A program made the translations under genes and the position numbers. Below, piece after piece: positions 1-9,800 of a DNA stretch of 32,000 nucleotides (position 1 is its first letter; every line of letters starts with the position of its first letter). The notes below the pieces were generated by a model that was given only the letters and a program-made list of their open reading frames with translations, had not been told where the DNA came from and ran no database searches. Location: the NCBI RefSeq assembly GCF_001997385.1, contig NZ_CP019633.1, positions 1,470,001 to 1,502,000 on the forward strand, in the 5' to 3' direction. This stretch comes from Sedimentisphaera cyanobacteriorum. GTDB taxonomy: Bacteria; Planctomycetota; Phycisphaerae; Sedimentisphaerales; Sedimentisphaeraceae.

Positions 1-64
1 TTTCCTTTCGTTAAATTTTCGCTGCTGGCGGCAAGCTGCAGGAGCCGAGAAGCAGCATTTCCCC

Positions 65-81
65 GCCGGCAAAACGCCGGC
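65..81 (-). terminator. GC hairpin just downstream of rpmI (possible terminator or attenuator)
   Basis: GCCGGC-AAAAC-GCCGGC (65-70 and 76-81) lies 6 nt after the rpmI stop on the minus strand. No U-tract follows, so intrinsic-terminator status is doubtful. Confidence 0.25.
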
Positions 82-87
82 AGATAA

Positions 88-294
88 CTATTTCGATTTC
101 TTCAAACCAAGCATATCACGGCATTTACCCGCATACTCATCACTGATATAACCGTCTTTGCCGAGATTGCGGCGCCTCTTAGGGCTCATCGCACTCATAA
201 GGTGGTTGCTGCCGGCACGCTTATATTTGAATTTGCCCTTGGCAGTTATCTTTACCCGCTTGGACAATCCTTTGTGGGGCTTCATCTTAGGCAT
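88..294 (-). CDS. rpmI: 50S ribosomal protein L35
   Basis: The 68-aa ORF MPKMKPHKGLSKRVKITAKGKFKYKRAGSNHL... matches the conserved L35 N-terminus (MPKxKTxxxxxKRxKxTxxGK) and has the typical size and basic composition. Confidence 0.93.
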   Translation of the reverse strand: MPKMKPHKGLSKRVKITAKGKFKYKRAGSNHLMSAMSPKRRRNLGKDGYISDEYAGKCRDMLGLKKSK

Positions 295-427
295 AATAAG
301 TTTACCCGTTTTCGATAAATTATTTTACTCCGCCCGAACGACCGCCGCCCGAGCAAATTGAAAACGTGATTATCTGAAAAAAAGACTCAAGGTCAAGTGA
401 TATTTTTGGGGCGAGGCTGCGGTGTGG

Positions 428-491
428 TTAAAGTATTGTATATTTAGCTGTTATAATTATCTGTTGTTGATATTCAGCAAGCGGATATAAT
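428..491 (+). promoter_or_regulatory. candidate sigma70-type promoter region for the MFS gene
   Basis: Two perfect TATAAT boxes sit at 452-457 and 486-491. The first is preceded by TTAAAG (428-433) at 18-bp spacing, the second by TTGTTG (464-469) at 16-bp spacing. The -35 matches are weak. Confidence 0.3.
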
Positions 492-523
492 TTTATGTTT
501 TATATTCTCAGGGAACTCTCTCA

Positions 524-1756
524 TTGAAAAACAGGAAGATTTACACATTATTCCTCGGTCTGCTTGCGGCTGTTCCGCCTCTTGCAACTGATATGTATCT
601 TGCAGCGATACCTCGGATAGCAGATGAGTGGAGTGTTGAAAAATCTGTCATCAACCTCTCGCTTGTTCTTTGGTTTGCGGCATACGGTATTGCGCTTCTA
701 ATCTGGGGCGGTTTATCCGACCGATTCGGCAGAAGACCTATCTTGCTCAGCGGTCTTATAACGTTTATCGTATCTACAATACTCTGCTCACTCTCTCAGA
801 ATGCTAATCAGCTGATCGCGGCGCGTCTTCTTCAGGGAATCGGTGCGGCAGGGGCATCCTCAATGGTTCTTGCAATAGCCCGAGACCGCTTTGAGGGCAA
901 AGAGCGTCAGAAGCTGCTGGCATGGATAGGCATAATTCTTGGAACAGCTCCAATGATCGCCCCGTCTTTCGGTGCGCTGATCCTCAAATACAGCAGCTGG
1001 CGGATGATCTTTATTGCTCAAGCCCTTCTCAGCGTGATATCGCTTGCAGTCACGCTCAATATCTACACAGAAACGGCAGTATCACTAGATAAAGGCGGCT
1101 TTACAGCAATGCTGAAGCGATATGTACGACTGAGCAAAAATGCTGATTATATGCTTAGTAATGGTGCGATTGGATTGATAAATCCGCCCTTTTTTGGTTT
1201 TATTGCTTTTTCTGCTACTGCATACATCTTACACTTTGGAATGAGCGAACAGAGATTCGCAGCTTTGTTCGGAGCCAATGCGATGTGTGCTATACTCGGT
1301 TCAGCCCTGTGCACTCAATTGATAAAGAGATACAGCGAATATCGCCTGCTCACAATCTGTTTTACCGGCTGCCTTATTGGGGGATTGACACTTCTTTTGA
1401 TGGGCGTGCCAAAATGGTACGTGTTCTTTATTGGTATGGGGATATATTCGTTTTTCCTCGGCTTAAGCCGTCCGCTGATAAATCACCTTATCGTTGAGCA
1501 GGTCAGCCAAGACATAGGCGCAGCGAGCTCAGGCATCGTGTGCTATCAATTTATAGCAGGTGCGATTGGGATGTATATCGCTGAACAGCCTTGGCTCAAG
1601 CCATTTCTTGCATTCGGCATAATGGCAGCAATATGCCCGCTTGCTGTACTGCTGATATGGCCAGTACTGCTCAAACGAATCCGACAAAATCAGAGCACCG
1701 CCTCAGCAGACACCACGGCAAAAGAGGCATCTATCGAGGAAGCAAGCGGAGGATAA
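524..1756 (+). CDS. MFS transporter, Bcr/CflA drug-resistance subfamily
   Basis: A 410-aa polytopic ORF with a TTG start. It has the N-terminal LATDMYLAAIP motif typical of Bcr/CflA, the MFS loop motif GGLSDRFGRRPILL, and about 12 hydrophobic segments. Confidence 0.88.
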   Translation: MKNRKIYTLFLGLLAAVPPLATDMYLAAIPRIADEWSVEKSVINLSLVLWFAAYGIALLIWGGLSDRFGRRPILLSGLITFIVSTILCSLSQNANQLIAARLLQGIGAAGASSMVLAIARDRFEGKERQKLLAWIGIILGTAPMIAPSFGALILKYSSWRMIFIAQALLSVISLAVTLNIYTETAVSLDKGGFTAMLKRYVRLSKNADYMLSNGAIGLINPPFFGFIAFSATAYILHFGMSEQRFAALFGANAMCAILGSALCTQLIKRYSEYRLLTICFTGCLIGGLTLLLMGVPKWYVFFIGMGIYSFFLGLSRPLINHLIVEQVSQDIGAASSGIVCYQFIAGAIGMYIAEQPWLKPFLAFGIMAAICPLAVLLIWPVLLKRIRQNQSTASADTTAKEASIEEASGG

Positions 1757-1796
1757 GGGCAGGAAAATTGAGCCTTAAAGGTTGCAGTGCGGCCTT

Positions 1797-2663
1797 TTAT
1801 CCAACGATATTGAAAAACAGATACGCAAACGGAGCCGTGAAAACGAGCGAATCGACGATATCAAGCACGCCTCCAAAGCCCGGGAGTTTGTCGCCGGAGT
1901 CTTTTATGCCGGCATCCCTTTTGAGCATAGATTCGGCGAGGTCTCCAAGCTGGCCTGCAAAAGCGAATATAATCCCGAAAATGGCCCCCTGCCACCACAG
2001 CATAACAGAGAATATAACGGAAAATAGCACACCTGTAACGGCTGAGAAAATGCAGCCTCCCACCATACCTTCCCATGTTTTTTTGGGGCTTACAAGAGGG
2101 GCAAATTTTGTATGGCCGAAGATTTTGCCGAAGGTGTACGCCCCTACATCACACATTTTCACCACAGCAACAAACAGAATCAGTGCGGAAATGCTGTGTT
2201 CCACTCGTATTGCAAGGAAGAATGAGCTGAAAAATCCCCAGTACATCACTGTGAATACGGTGGCTCCGCAATTCAGGATTGTACCTTCGTTCGTTTTTGC
2301 TCTGCCTTGGGCGATAAATGAGAGCAGGACTGCAGAAAGTACTGCGGCAAACATAATTATAAGATGCAGATAAGCCTGTGAGATTTCGAAAGCAAATCCG
2401 AACTGCTTGAGAAAATAGCTGAGGCAGAAAAGTGAAGCCCCGATATATGATGCAAGGGGGAATACCCTCGCCCCCTTGCCTTTTACCAATTTTGAGAATT
2501 CATTAACAGCAGACAGCATCATTGCCTCTGCGATAAATGCCCATATAAACCCCTGCACCTGCTCCCCGCTGCCGGTACGCCAAATCAGCACGCTGTCCAG
2601 CCAGCAGAGGAGTGTGGCTGAGGCGGCCATTATTATACCGAAAAAGATGCGCTGCTTTACCAT
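1797..2663 (-). CDS. cdsA: phosphatidate cytidylyltransferase (CDP-diglyceride synthase) family protein
   Basis: A 288-aa polytopic protein. Its C-terminal signature is SMLKRDAGIKDSGDKLPGFGGVLDIVDS, against the E. coli type [28 protein letters not shown]. Two normally fixed positions differ (see findings). Confidence 0.85.
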   Translation of the reverse strand: MVKQRIFFGIIMAASATLLCWLDSVLIWRTGSGEQVQGFIWAFIAEAMMLSAVNEFSKLVKGKGARVFPLASYIGASLFCLSYFLKQFGFAFEISQAYLHLIIMFAAVLSAVLLSFIAQGRAKTNEGTILNCGATVFTVMYWGFFSSFFLAIRVEHSISALILFVAVVKMCDVGAYTFGKIFGHTKFAPLVSPKKTWEGMVGGCIFSAVTGVLFSVIFSVMLWWQGAIFGIIFAFAGQLGDLAESMLKRDAGIKDSGDKLPGFGGVLDIVDSLVFTAPFAYLFFNIVG

Positions 2664-2726
2664 ACTCGCCTTCTTAGAATCTCCCGCCTAAAAGGCAGGG
2701 CTGTATAATAGTTCATCTTAAGCTTC

Positions 2727-3734
2727 TTAGAAATCCATAGCCTCTGCTATCTGCACGGCGTTCAAGGCTGCTCCTTTGCGAATCTGATCGCCGCAGACCC
2801 AGAGATTGATTCCTCTTCCGTCCGGGATGGATTCATCTTGGCGGATTCTGCCCACGTAGATGTCGTCTTTGCCGTCTGCGTCTATGGCAGGCATAGGGAA
2901 GCGGTTTTTATCGCGGTCGTCGATTACGATAACGCCCGGGGAATCCTCAAGCACCTCACGAACCCAAGCGGGATCTGCCGGCTTTTCGAATTCGAGATTG
3001 ATGCTCTCGCTATGCGCCCGCATTACCGGCACGCGAACGCATGTGCAGGTAATTGCGATCTGCGAATCATCGAAGATTTTTCTGGTTTCGTTTACCATCT
3101 TCATCTCTTCTTCGTTGTAGCCGTTTTCGCCGATCTTGGAATCATGGCAGAAAACATTAAAGGCAGCCTGATACGGAAGCGCCTCGCATACCGGCTCCCT
3201 GCCTTCGAGTATATCTGCGCTTTGCTTTTTGAGCTCATTCATCGCAGCTATTCCCGCCCCGCTGGCGGCCTGATAGGTGCTTATAACCATACGCTTAACG
3301 CTGTTCTGCTTATGCAGCGGCCATACCGGCACGAGGGCAATGATCGTAGAGCAGTTTGGGTTTGCAATTATTCCCTTGTTGGCCTTGATTGCCTCTGGAT
3401 TAACCTCAGGCACCACGAGCGGCGCAGCTGGGTCCATGCGGAATGCTGAGGAGTTGTCTATCATTACAGCTCCGCTCTGAACAACCGCATCGGCAAACTT
3501 CTTGCTCTGCGAGCCGCCTGCGCTGAACAGCGCAACATCAACGCCTTTGAAGCTGTTTTCTGTGAGCTCTTCTATCGTATATTCCTCGCCCATAAAAGCA
3601 ATTTTCTTACCTGCTGAACGCGAACTTGCAAGCATTTTGAGCGAATCGAATTTGAAGTTTCGCTCTTCTATGAGTCTCAAAAATTCCTGGCCTACAACGC
3701 CTGTAACACCAGCTATAGCAATATTGCGGCTCAT
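2727..3734 (-). CDS. asd: aspartate-semialdehyde dehydrogenase
   Basis: The sequence MSRNIAIAGVTGVVGQEF..., NPNCSTI and SGAG motifs match Asd. I trimmed the start to ATG 3734 (GGAGAA upstream), because the first 42 codons of the tracked ORF (to 3860) look non-coding. The product is 335 aa. Confidence 0.93.
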   Translation of the reverse strand: MSRNIAIAGVTGVVGQEFLRLIEERNFKFDSLKMLASSRSAGKKIAFMGEEYTIEELTENSFKGVDVALFSAGGSQSKKFADAVVQSGAVMIDNSSAFRMDPAAPLVVPEVNPEAIKANKGIIANPNCSTIIALVPVWPLHKQNSVKRMVISTYQAASGAGIAAMNELKKQSADILEGREPVCEALPYQAAFNVFCHDSKIGENGYNEEEMKMVNETRKIFDDSQIAITCTCVRVPVMRAHSESINLEFEKPADPAWVREVLEDSPGVIVIDDRDKNRFPMPAIDADGKDDIYVGRIRQDESIPDGRGINLWVCGDQIRKGAALNAVQIAEAMDF

Positions 3735-3921
3735 AATATTTCTCCGTTTTCTTAAAATTACAAATTGATGAGTTCCTGCGGGTGCGGGATTATAGCAGAA
3801 TAAGCTCGATAAAGCAAAACAATTCGCAAACAAAGAAGTATAATGATTAGAATTATGCAAGCCAAAGCAATTGTGTTAGCTGGAACCGAGATATTGTGTA
3901 AAATACAGCCGGCTGGAATTT

Positions 3922-4722
3922 ATGAAGAAAGAGACTATGAACATAAACAAAACAAACTACCATATACATACTTACCGCTGCAAACACGCTGCTGGCGATG
4001 CGGCAGACTACTGCTCAGCAGCAGAAAAAGCCGGACTCGAGGCGATCGGTATAAGCGATCATACCCCTCTGCCGGACGGGAAATGGGGTTCTGTGCGAAT
4101 GGATATAGACGAGCTTCCAGACTACTGCGAAAAAATCGAGGATGCGCGAAATGAATTTGCCGGCAGGCTGGAGGTGTATGCGGGGATGGAATGCGAGTAT
4201 TTCCCGAGATACGAGAAATTCTACAACGACACGCTCAGGGAGGAATTCGGAATTGAGTATCTCGCAATAGCTCTGCACTTCTATCCGCTCGGCGGCGAGG
4301 AAATAAGCACACACGCCTATCCGATGGATAAAGATGCATTGAAAAGCTATACAGATTTGTTTGTGGAGGGGATCAAGACGGGGATGTTCGAATTTGCTGC
4401 TCATCCGGATTTGTTTCTCGCTAGATACCCGAGCTGGGACAGCTATGCAGAGAAGTGCAGCGAGAGAATCTGCAATGCTGCCACTGATTCAGGGACGGCC
4501 TTAGAGATAAACGGCTACGGCTTCTGCCGAGATGACTTTTCGGGCTATCCGAGCGATAATTTCTGGCGCATTGCAGCAAGCTGCGGGGCGAAAGGCGTAA
4601 TCAATTCCGATGCCCACTGCCCGGAGCATATAGATATAGGCTTCCAGAGATGCCTCGAACTGGCTGAAAGGCTTGGTATTTCGCTGGCTGACCCTGTACG
4701 CAGGGCTGCTAAACCTTCCTGA
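3922..4722 (+). CDS. histidinol-phosphatase, PHP (HisJ-type) family
   Basis: NYHIHTYRCKHAAGDAADYCSAAEKAGLEAIGISDHTPLP follows the HxHTxxCxHxxxxxxxYxxxAxxxGxxxxxxxxHxPLP pattern of HisJ-type PHP phosphatases. An alternative start lies at 3937. Confidence 0.8.
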   Translation: MKKETMNINKTNYHIHTYRCKHAAGDAADYCSAAEKAGLEAIGISDHTPLPDGKWGSVRMDIDELPDYCEKIEDARNEFAGRLEVYAGMECEYFPRYEKFYNDTLREEFGIEYLAIALHFYPLGGEEISTHAYPMDKDALKSYTDLFVEGIKTGMFEFAAHPDLFLARYPSWDSYAEKCSERICNAATDSGTALEINGYGFCRDDFSGYPSDNFWRIAASCGAKGVINSDAHCPEHIDIGFQRCLELAERLGISLADPVRRAAKPS

Positions 4723-5653
4723 TGGCAAACTGCGGGCAAGCAGATACGCAGTAGCCGCATTGCAGGCATTTATCGCTGCTGATATCGGCCTTGCCGTCCC
4801 GCATTGAGATTGCTTCGTTCGGGCAGGTTTCAATGCATTTACCGCAGGCAGTGCAGACGATGCGTACAACCTGAAAACGCTTGCTGAAGCCTTGGAGCTT
4901 GGGCAGGTTTTCTCGCTGGCCGGAGAAATACCTTACGTTGCAGTCTATCTCCTCCATGCTCACCATCCCGATCGAGATTGAGTGATAGCCTTTCAGGCTG
5001 CGGGCATATTCAAGGCAGTCGGCGTAGTTATCCACGTAATTCCCGCCTCCGAGAACCTTCATCAAATATACGCCCTTGCCGGCATCGCTGCATTGCTCGA
5101 TTGCCCGCTCCATATCTTCTCTTGTGCCGTTGATGATGCCGATCCCGCCGAGGCTGATAAGCGCAAATACCACGTCGATATCTTCCCGCTCTGCTGCAGC
5201 GGAAACCACTTTCGGGCTGTGGCAGCTGATGCCGATCGCACGAACTTTCCCGGCTAGCTTGTTCTCTTTGAGGCATTTGAGGGCTTCGCTTCTCTGCTGG
5301 AATATATCAGGCGCTGCCCGAGCGGCGTGCATATGGAAGATGTCGATATAGTCTATTTCGAGCTTCTCGAGGGCCTCGTCTATCGCTTCCTGCATAGCAT
5401 CAAAATCGGCGGCGGTTGATTTGGAAGCGATTACAGGACGCTTGCCGGTGAGCTTCATTGCCTCGCGTACAGGCGTGTATGTCTGATACATTTGGGCGGT
5501 ATCGATAAAATTTATGCCGCTGTTTATGGCTTCCGCTGTGAGGCGGGCGTTGAAATCTGCCGGCTGGTTCTTCTGGAGAGGCCCCATCGGAAGAGCACCA
5601 AAGCAGAGCTCTGTTACTTCTATGCCCGTATTTCCTAAAACATTTTGCTTCAT
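4709..5653 (-). CDS. aldo/keto reductase fused to a C-terminal 2x[4Fe-4S] ferredoxin domain
   Basis: The N-terminus is AKR-like (MKQNVLGNTGIEVTELCFGALPMG). The C-terminus carries two CxxCxxCxxxCP motifs (CTACGKCIETCP and CLQCGYCVSACP). I trimmed the start to ATG 5653 (AGGGAAA upstream). The 3' end overlaps the convergent gene by 14 nt. Confidence 0.85.
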   Translation of the reverse strand: MKQNVLGNTGIEVTELCFGALPMGPLQKNQPADFNARLTAEAINSGINFIDTAQMYQTYTPVREAMKLTGKRPVIASKSTAADFDAMQEAIDEALEKLEIDYIDIFHMHAARAAPDIFQQRSEALKCLKENKLAGKVRAIGISCHSPKVVSAAAEREDIDVVFALISLGGIGIINGTREDMERAIEQCSDAGKGVYLMKVLGGGNYVDNYADCLEYARSLKGYHSISIGMVSMEEIDCNVRYFSGQRENLPKLQGFSKRFQVVRIVCTACGKCIETCPNEAISMRDGKADISSDKCLQCGYCVSACPQFAIRKV

Positions 5654-5730
5654 TATTTCCCTAAATTTATGATGCTTGCAATTCAGCAATACATTTTAAT
5701 CTCGTAAAAGAAAATTTCAAAAATGAGCCG

Positions 5731-5763
5731 AAAAAAAGCCCGCCTGCTGAAAGCAAACGGGCT
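5731..5763 (-). terminator. rho-independent terminator ending the giant-protein/beta-barrel unit
   Basis: On the minus strand the stem AGCCCG...CGGGCT (5737-5742 and 5758-5763), with an inner TGCT-GAA-AGCA stem, is followed by a 7-nt U-tract (A-run 5731-5737 on plus). It lies 24 nt after the stop at 5787. Confidence 0.7.
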
Positions 5764-5786
5764 TGAAAATCGTTCTTGATTTCGAT

Positions 5787-6692
5787 TTAGAAATCTATTG
5801 AGTATGTGATAGCAGCGAACCAGTCGTCATCGACCATATTGCCCATCTCATCATCGAGTGCGAACTGATAGTAAACTGCCGGCTTAACCATACCTGGGCC
5901 GACTACCATCTGTGTACCGAGACCAGTAAGGATTCTCTTGAAACCCTCGTCTGCGGCGTCGTTTCTGCCGTCTTCGTAGATTGCATCAACACAGCCGTGC
6001 AGAGGCATCATATCAATATCCATAGTTGTTTTTATGCCAATAGTGTGCTCAAGATAGTTCACGCCCTGGCCAAATGGAACTTCTTGGTCGAGGTCTGAAT
6101 TCGGGCCGCCGCCGTATCCGCCGGCTTCAAAGATATATGAAAGCCTGTAATGCGGTACAACGTATTCAGAGATCATATTCGGAAATTCAATCCCGAGAGC
6201 AAGCTCCTGCATATCTCTGTCTTCGCCAGACCAGTCGAGTGTGCGCTGATTGATCGGGCCTGCCATTGTGTTTAATGTTTCGTACCTGCTCACATCACCA
6301 AAGTTGTAATAGGTGTAAGACAAGTCAGCATCCATCTGCATTGCATCGCCCTGCATCATAGAATGCTTCATGCCGAAGCTATAATCCCACTGATCGCTCT
6401 GGCCAACCGGATAGCCCGTGTTGGTGTTGGCGAGTCCCTGGAATTGGTCTTCGTAAGCAGAAGCTGATCCTGTGGGCATAACATAACTCACTTCTGCATA
6501 AGCTCCGCTTTCTTGATGAGCAACATTCAATGTAGTCTTAACCGCAGGCCTGTCATCGTACATGTCAAAGCCATGCCATAAGTACTTGCTCATAAAGGTA
6601 GAGCTGACATTAAACTCGAAATCCTCCGCAGCACCGGCCAGCGATGCGAGGACAACTACCGCAAGAATAGATACTAGTTTTGTAATTTTCAT
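5787..6692 (-). CDS. putative outer-membrane beta-barrel protein (TorF/Gcw_chp-like)
   Basis: It has a signal peptide (MKITKLVSILAVVVLASLAGAA), an alternating-hydrophobic C-terminal strand ending in Phe (ITYSIDF), and an N-terminal pattern NVSSTFMSKYLWHGFDMYDDRPAVKTTLNV resembling the Gcw_chp/TorF family opening. The family call is tentative. Confidence 0.75.
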   Translation of the reverse strand: MKITKLVSILAVVVLASLAGAAEDFEFNVSSTFMSKYLWHGFDMYDDRPAVKTTLNVAHQESGAYAEVSYVMPTGSASAYEDQFQGLANTNTGYPVGQSDQWDYSFGMKHSMMQGDAMQMDADLSYTYYNFGDVSRYETLNTMAGPINQRTLDWSGEDRDMQELALGIEFPNMISEYVVPHYRLSYIFEAGGYGGGPNSDLDQEVPFGQGVNYLEHTIGIKTTMDIDMMPLHGCVDAIYEDGRNDAADEGFKRILTGLGTQMVVGPGMVKPAVYYQFALDDEMGNMVDDDWFAAITYSIDF

Positions 6693-6807
6693 AATTTATT
6701 CCCTGTCTAAAGTTACTAACAACAGTTTATACGCACTTGTAAAAGCTATTATTTAGCATGCTCCACATTTGCGAGCTAAACAAGTTTCAAGTTTCCTATT
6801 ATTCCCA

Positions 6808-9800
6808 CTAGAATTCATCGTCAGTTGATTGAGAATCAGTAACAGTGCCTGAAGGATCAGAACCGACAATTCCGATACTTCCGCCTTCATAGGTTCCGCT
6901 GAATACGCAGTTGTCAACAGTGCCTCTGTTGGTTCCAATAGCCCAGCCGACAACTTCGCCAATACCCAGACCAGCATCAGAGCTGCAGCCGGTAATCAGG
7001 CCTCTGTTTTCGCCAACAAACGAACCAACGAATTTATCGCCATCAACAATGCCGCTTACTGAACAGTCTTTGATAGTGCTGTCTGCAAAGTAGCCTGCAA
7101 TACCGCCAACTACGTTCCGGCCTGTTACATCAACATTGAAATTCAAGTACTCTATGAGAGCCCCGTCTGATACTACAGCAAACAGACCTACGTAATCCAG
7201 TCCCGCAGCATTAATCTGATAAGAGAGTGTTGCGTTGGTTTCAGAGTACAGATGACCGGAAAACGGTACAGTAAGCGGGTTGGTTAAAGGATTAGTTCCA
7301 AAATCAACATCGCCGTTTACTATGAAGTGATCTGAAGGATTGTCGATAATCTTCTGCCAGTCAGTAGGATCATCAATTATCCAAGGGTCTTTTTCAGTGC
7401 CGTCTTCATCTTCCTCAGCGGGACCTTCTTCATACTGCGCGGTTACTGTCAAGTCGCTTGTAACATTATCGAAAGCTGTGTCCCAGCCGTCAAACTGCCA
7501 GCCCACTATAGGAGTAACTGTTGGGGCCGCTGCAGCGTCGCCGTATTCTACGGTTTGCACTGCCTGCCCGGCAGTTATCAATCCTTTATTGCCCGGCATA
7601 AATGTTACAGTAAACTCAGCAGTCTGATACTGAGCAGTAACTGTTAAATCGCTTGTAACGTTATCGAAAGCTGTATCCCAGCCGGTGAATTCCCAGCCGG
7701 CATCAGGAGTTACAGTGGGCTCAGCTGCAGCCTGTCCGTGCTGGACGATCTGCGAATCATCGCCTGCTGTAATGCTTCCGTGAGCTCCCGGAAGGAAGTC
7801 AACGGTGTAACCGGTAACTTCATACTGAGCTGTTACTGTCAGGTCAGAAGATACGTTGGTAAAGTCTGTGTCCCAGCCGGTGAATGTGTAGCCTGCATCA
7901 GCTGATACAGCAGGCTCTACAGCATCGCCGCCTGACGGGACTGTCTGAAGCTCATCGCCTGAAGTAATTTGACCGTTAGCTCCAGGATTGAATACTACTG
8001 TATAAGTTACATCGGTGTACTGAGCTGTGATATTGCGGTCTGAGATAACGTTCTCGAAGCTTCCGTCCCAGCCGGTGAATTCCCAGCCCTGGTTTGCTAT
8101 AACGAGCGGCTCAGAAGCATCCTCGCCTAAATCTACCGTTTGGTCTACGTCGCCCTGAAGCGTTCCGTTGGCTCCGCCCCAGAAGTTCACTGTGTAGGAA
8201 TCTGCCTGCTCGCCTGAAACCGTAAGCTCTTCAAGAGAGGTTACGTTTCCTATTTGAGCATCGGCCTGGAAGTCGAGCGTTTCATTAATATCATACACAG
8301 TATCAGTTGCTGCGTCATAAACCTTGAATATCAGGCCTGTAAATGAATCTTCGTCGCTGAAAATAGTAAGCGGGAAGTATTTCGTTCCTGATGGATTCGC
8401 TGCCACTTCTGCCACACCTGCAATATTTCCTGATGGAGTTATTGCAGTGAGAAGGCTTCCGTCCGGCTGAGCTATTGGTACGCCGCCCTGTGTAACTTTA
8501 GCGTACAACTGCATCTGGTTCTGCAGGCCGCTCGGGGACTGCCAGTCCGGAGCGTTCTCGCCGATAGTGTACACCTGAAGCGTGAGAACATTACCAAGAT
8601 CGGTGTCTGCCTCGAAGTCCGGCCTCTGTATGATCTCATAAACCTGATCAGCAGCAGCATCGTAAACCTTCAGCCCCATACCCGGAACCGAGGTTTCATC
8701 GCTGAATACCACCAGCTGGAAGTGATCGTCAGTAGGCCCTGCTACTACTTCATCTGTAACACCGGCTATCTGGCCGGCAGGTGTCCAAGCAGAGAGCTCA
8801 CTATTATTAGCTGTTGCAATCTGGTCTCCGTTCTGGTCAACAACCTTGGCGTAAACCTTCATGCTGTTCATCAGCCCCGTAGGATTCTGCCAGTCCGGCA
8901 CGTTAACCGGCATACCGGCATCTGTGCTGTAAACCTGAAATGTAACAACATTGCCCAGCTCGGTATCCTTCTGGAAATCAACCGTATGAACAATATTGTA
9001 AATTTTATCAGAATCTGCATCGTAAACCTTCAGACTCATATCCTCAACAGAGTTTTTATCGCTGAATATAACGAGCTGGAAGTGATTACCTGCTGGTCCG
9101 AGGATAACTTTATCTGTAGCACCTGCAATAGTGCTTGGGTTATCCGGAGTCCAAGCGGAGAGCTCGCTGCCGTTTGATGCTGCAATCTGATCGCCGTTTT
9201 CATCAACGATTTTCGCATAAACCTTCATCTGGTTTGAAAGCCCCAGAGGAGCACTCCAGTTCGGTTTATTGTTCACAGCAGTCTCGATAGACATCGCTTC
9301 AAGCGGTGAAACCTGATGTGTATAGCTGAAGCCCTGAGCTTTAGATACGTTGAATTTATATCCAACACCCGGCTCGAGCGTATCGAGAGTTCCGTACCAC
9401 TGATTTCCGTAGTACTGAGCAACCTCACCATTCGGTGCTATAATCTGATCCAAATCCTGAACATCAAGATGCTGGAAGGCATCCGCTATAGGCATGCTCT
9501 GGTTCTGGAAGAACGGCAGCCAGTTCCAGCCCTGATAAAGATTCATTACTCCTTCAGGACCTACCTCATTTCCGGAGACTTCAAATGTACCGCCGTTTGC
9601 GCTGTAAAGCACATACATTCTGGTAGGTACAATATTCTGAATCGTTCCGTACCACTCTCCGTTGAAATACTGAGCGGTCTTGCCGTTAGAGGCTGTAATG
9701 CTGTCGAAGTCTTCAACGATCTGTTCGTAACCTTCCATTACATTTGCAAGGCTCTTGTCTTCAGGGAGAACTGGGAATGAAATCCAGTTGTAGCCCTGAA

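Noticed and set aside
1-87. Expected start of rplT (L20) directly downstream of rpmI.
   Set aside because: I translated all three minus-strand frames and none resembles the L20 N-terminus (MxRVKRG...). The only ATG opens a 15-codon ORF.
1591-2373. A 260-aa plus-strand ORF overlapping cdsA.
   Set aside because: It lies antisense to a well-supported cdsA CDS. The translation is low-complexity (Ser/Thr/Pro/Arg-rich) with no motif. It is a typical shadow ORF.
2838-3449. A 203-aa plus-strand ORF inside asd.
   Set aside because: It is antisense to asd, which has unmistakable motifs. It has no RBS and no recognisable domain.
4709-4722. Convergent gene overlaps: 14 nt here, and overlapping stop codons (CTAA) at 15800-15803.
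   Set aside because: The overlaps are real but are a common consequence of genome compaction. Nothing suggests antisense regulation beyond the overlap itself.
6781-6795. A direct repeat, CAAGTTT x2, in the spacer between the giant gene and the barrel gene.
   Set aside because: It is too short to distinguish from chance, and no associated hairpin or promoter element accompanies it.
8722-9780. Several 60-154-aa plus-strand ORFs inside the giant gene (for example 8722-9177 and 9316-9780).
   Set aside because: They are antisense to the continuous 7.5-kb CDS. The repeats on the coding strand produce long stop-free antisense frames, and none carries a motif.
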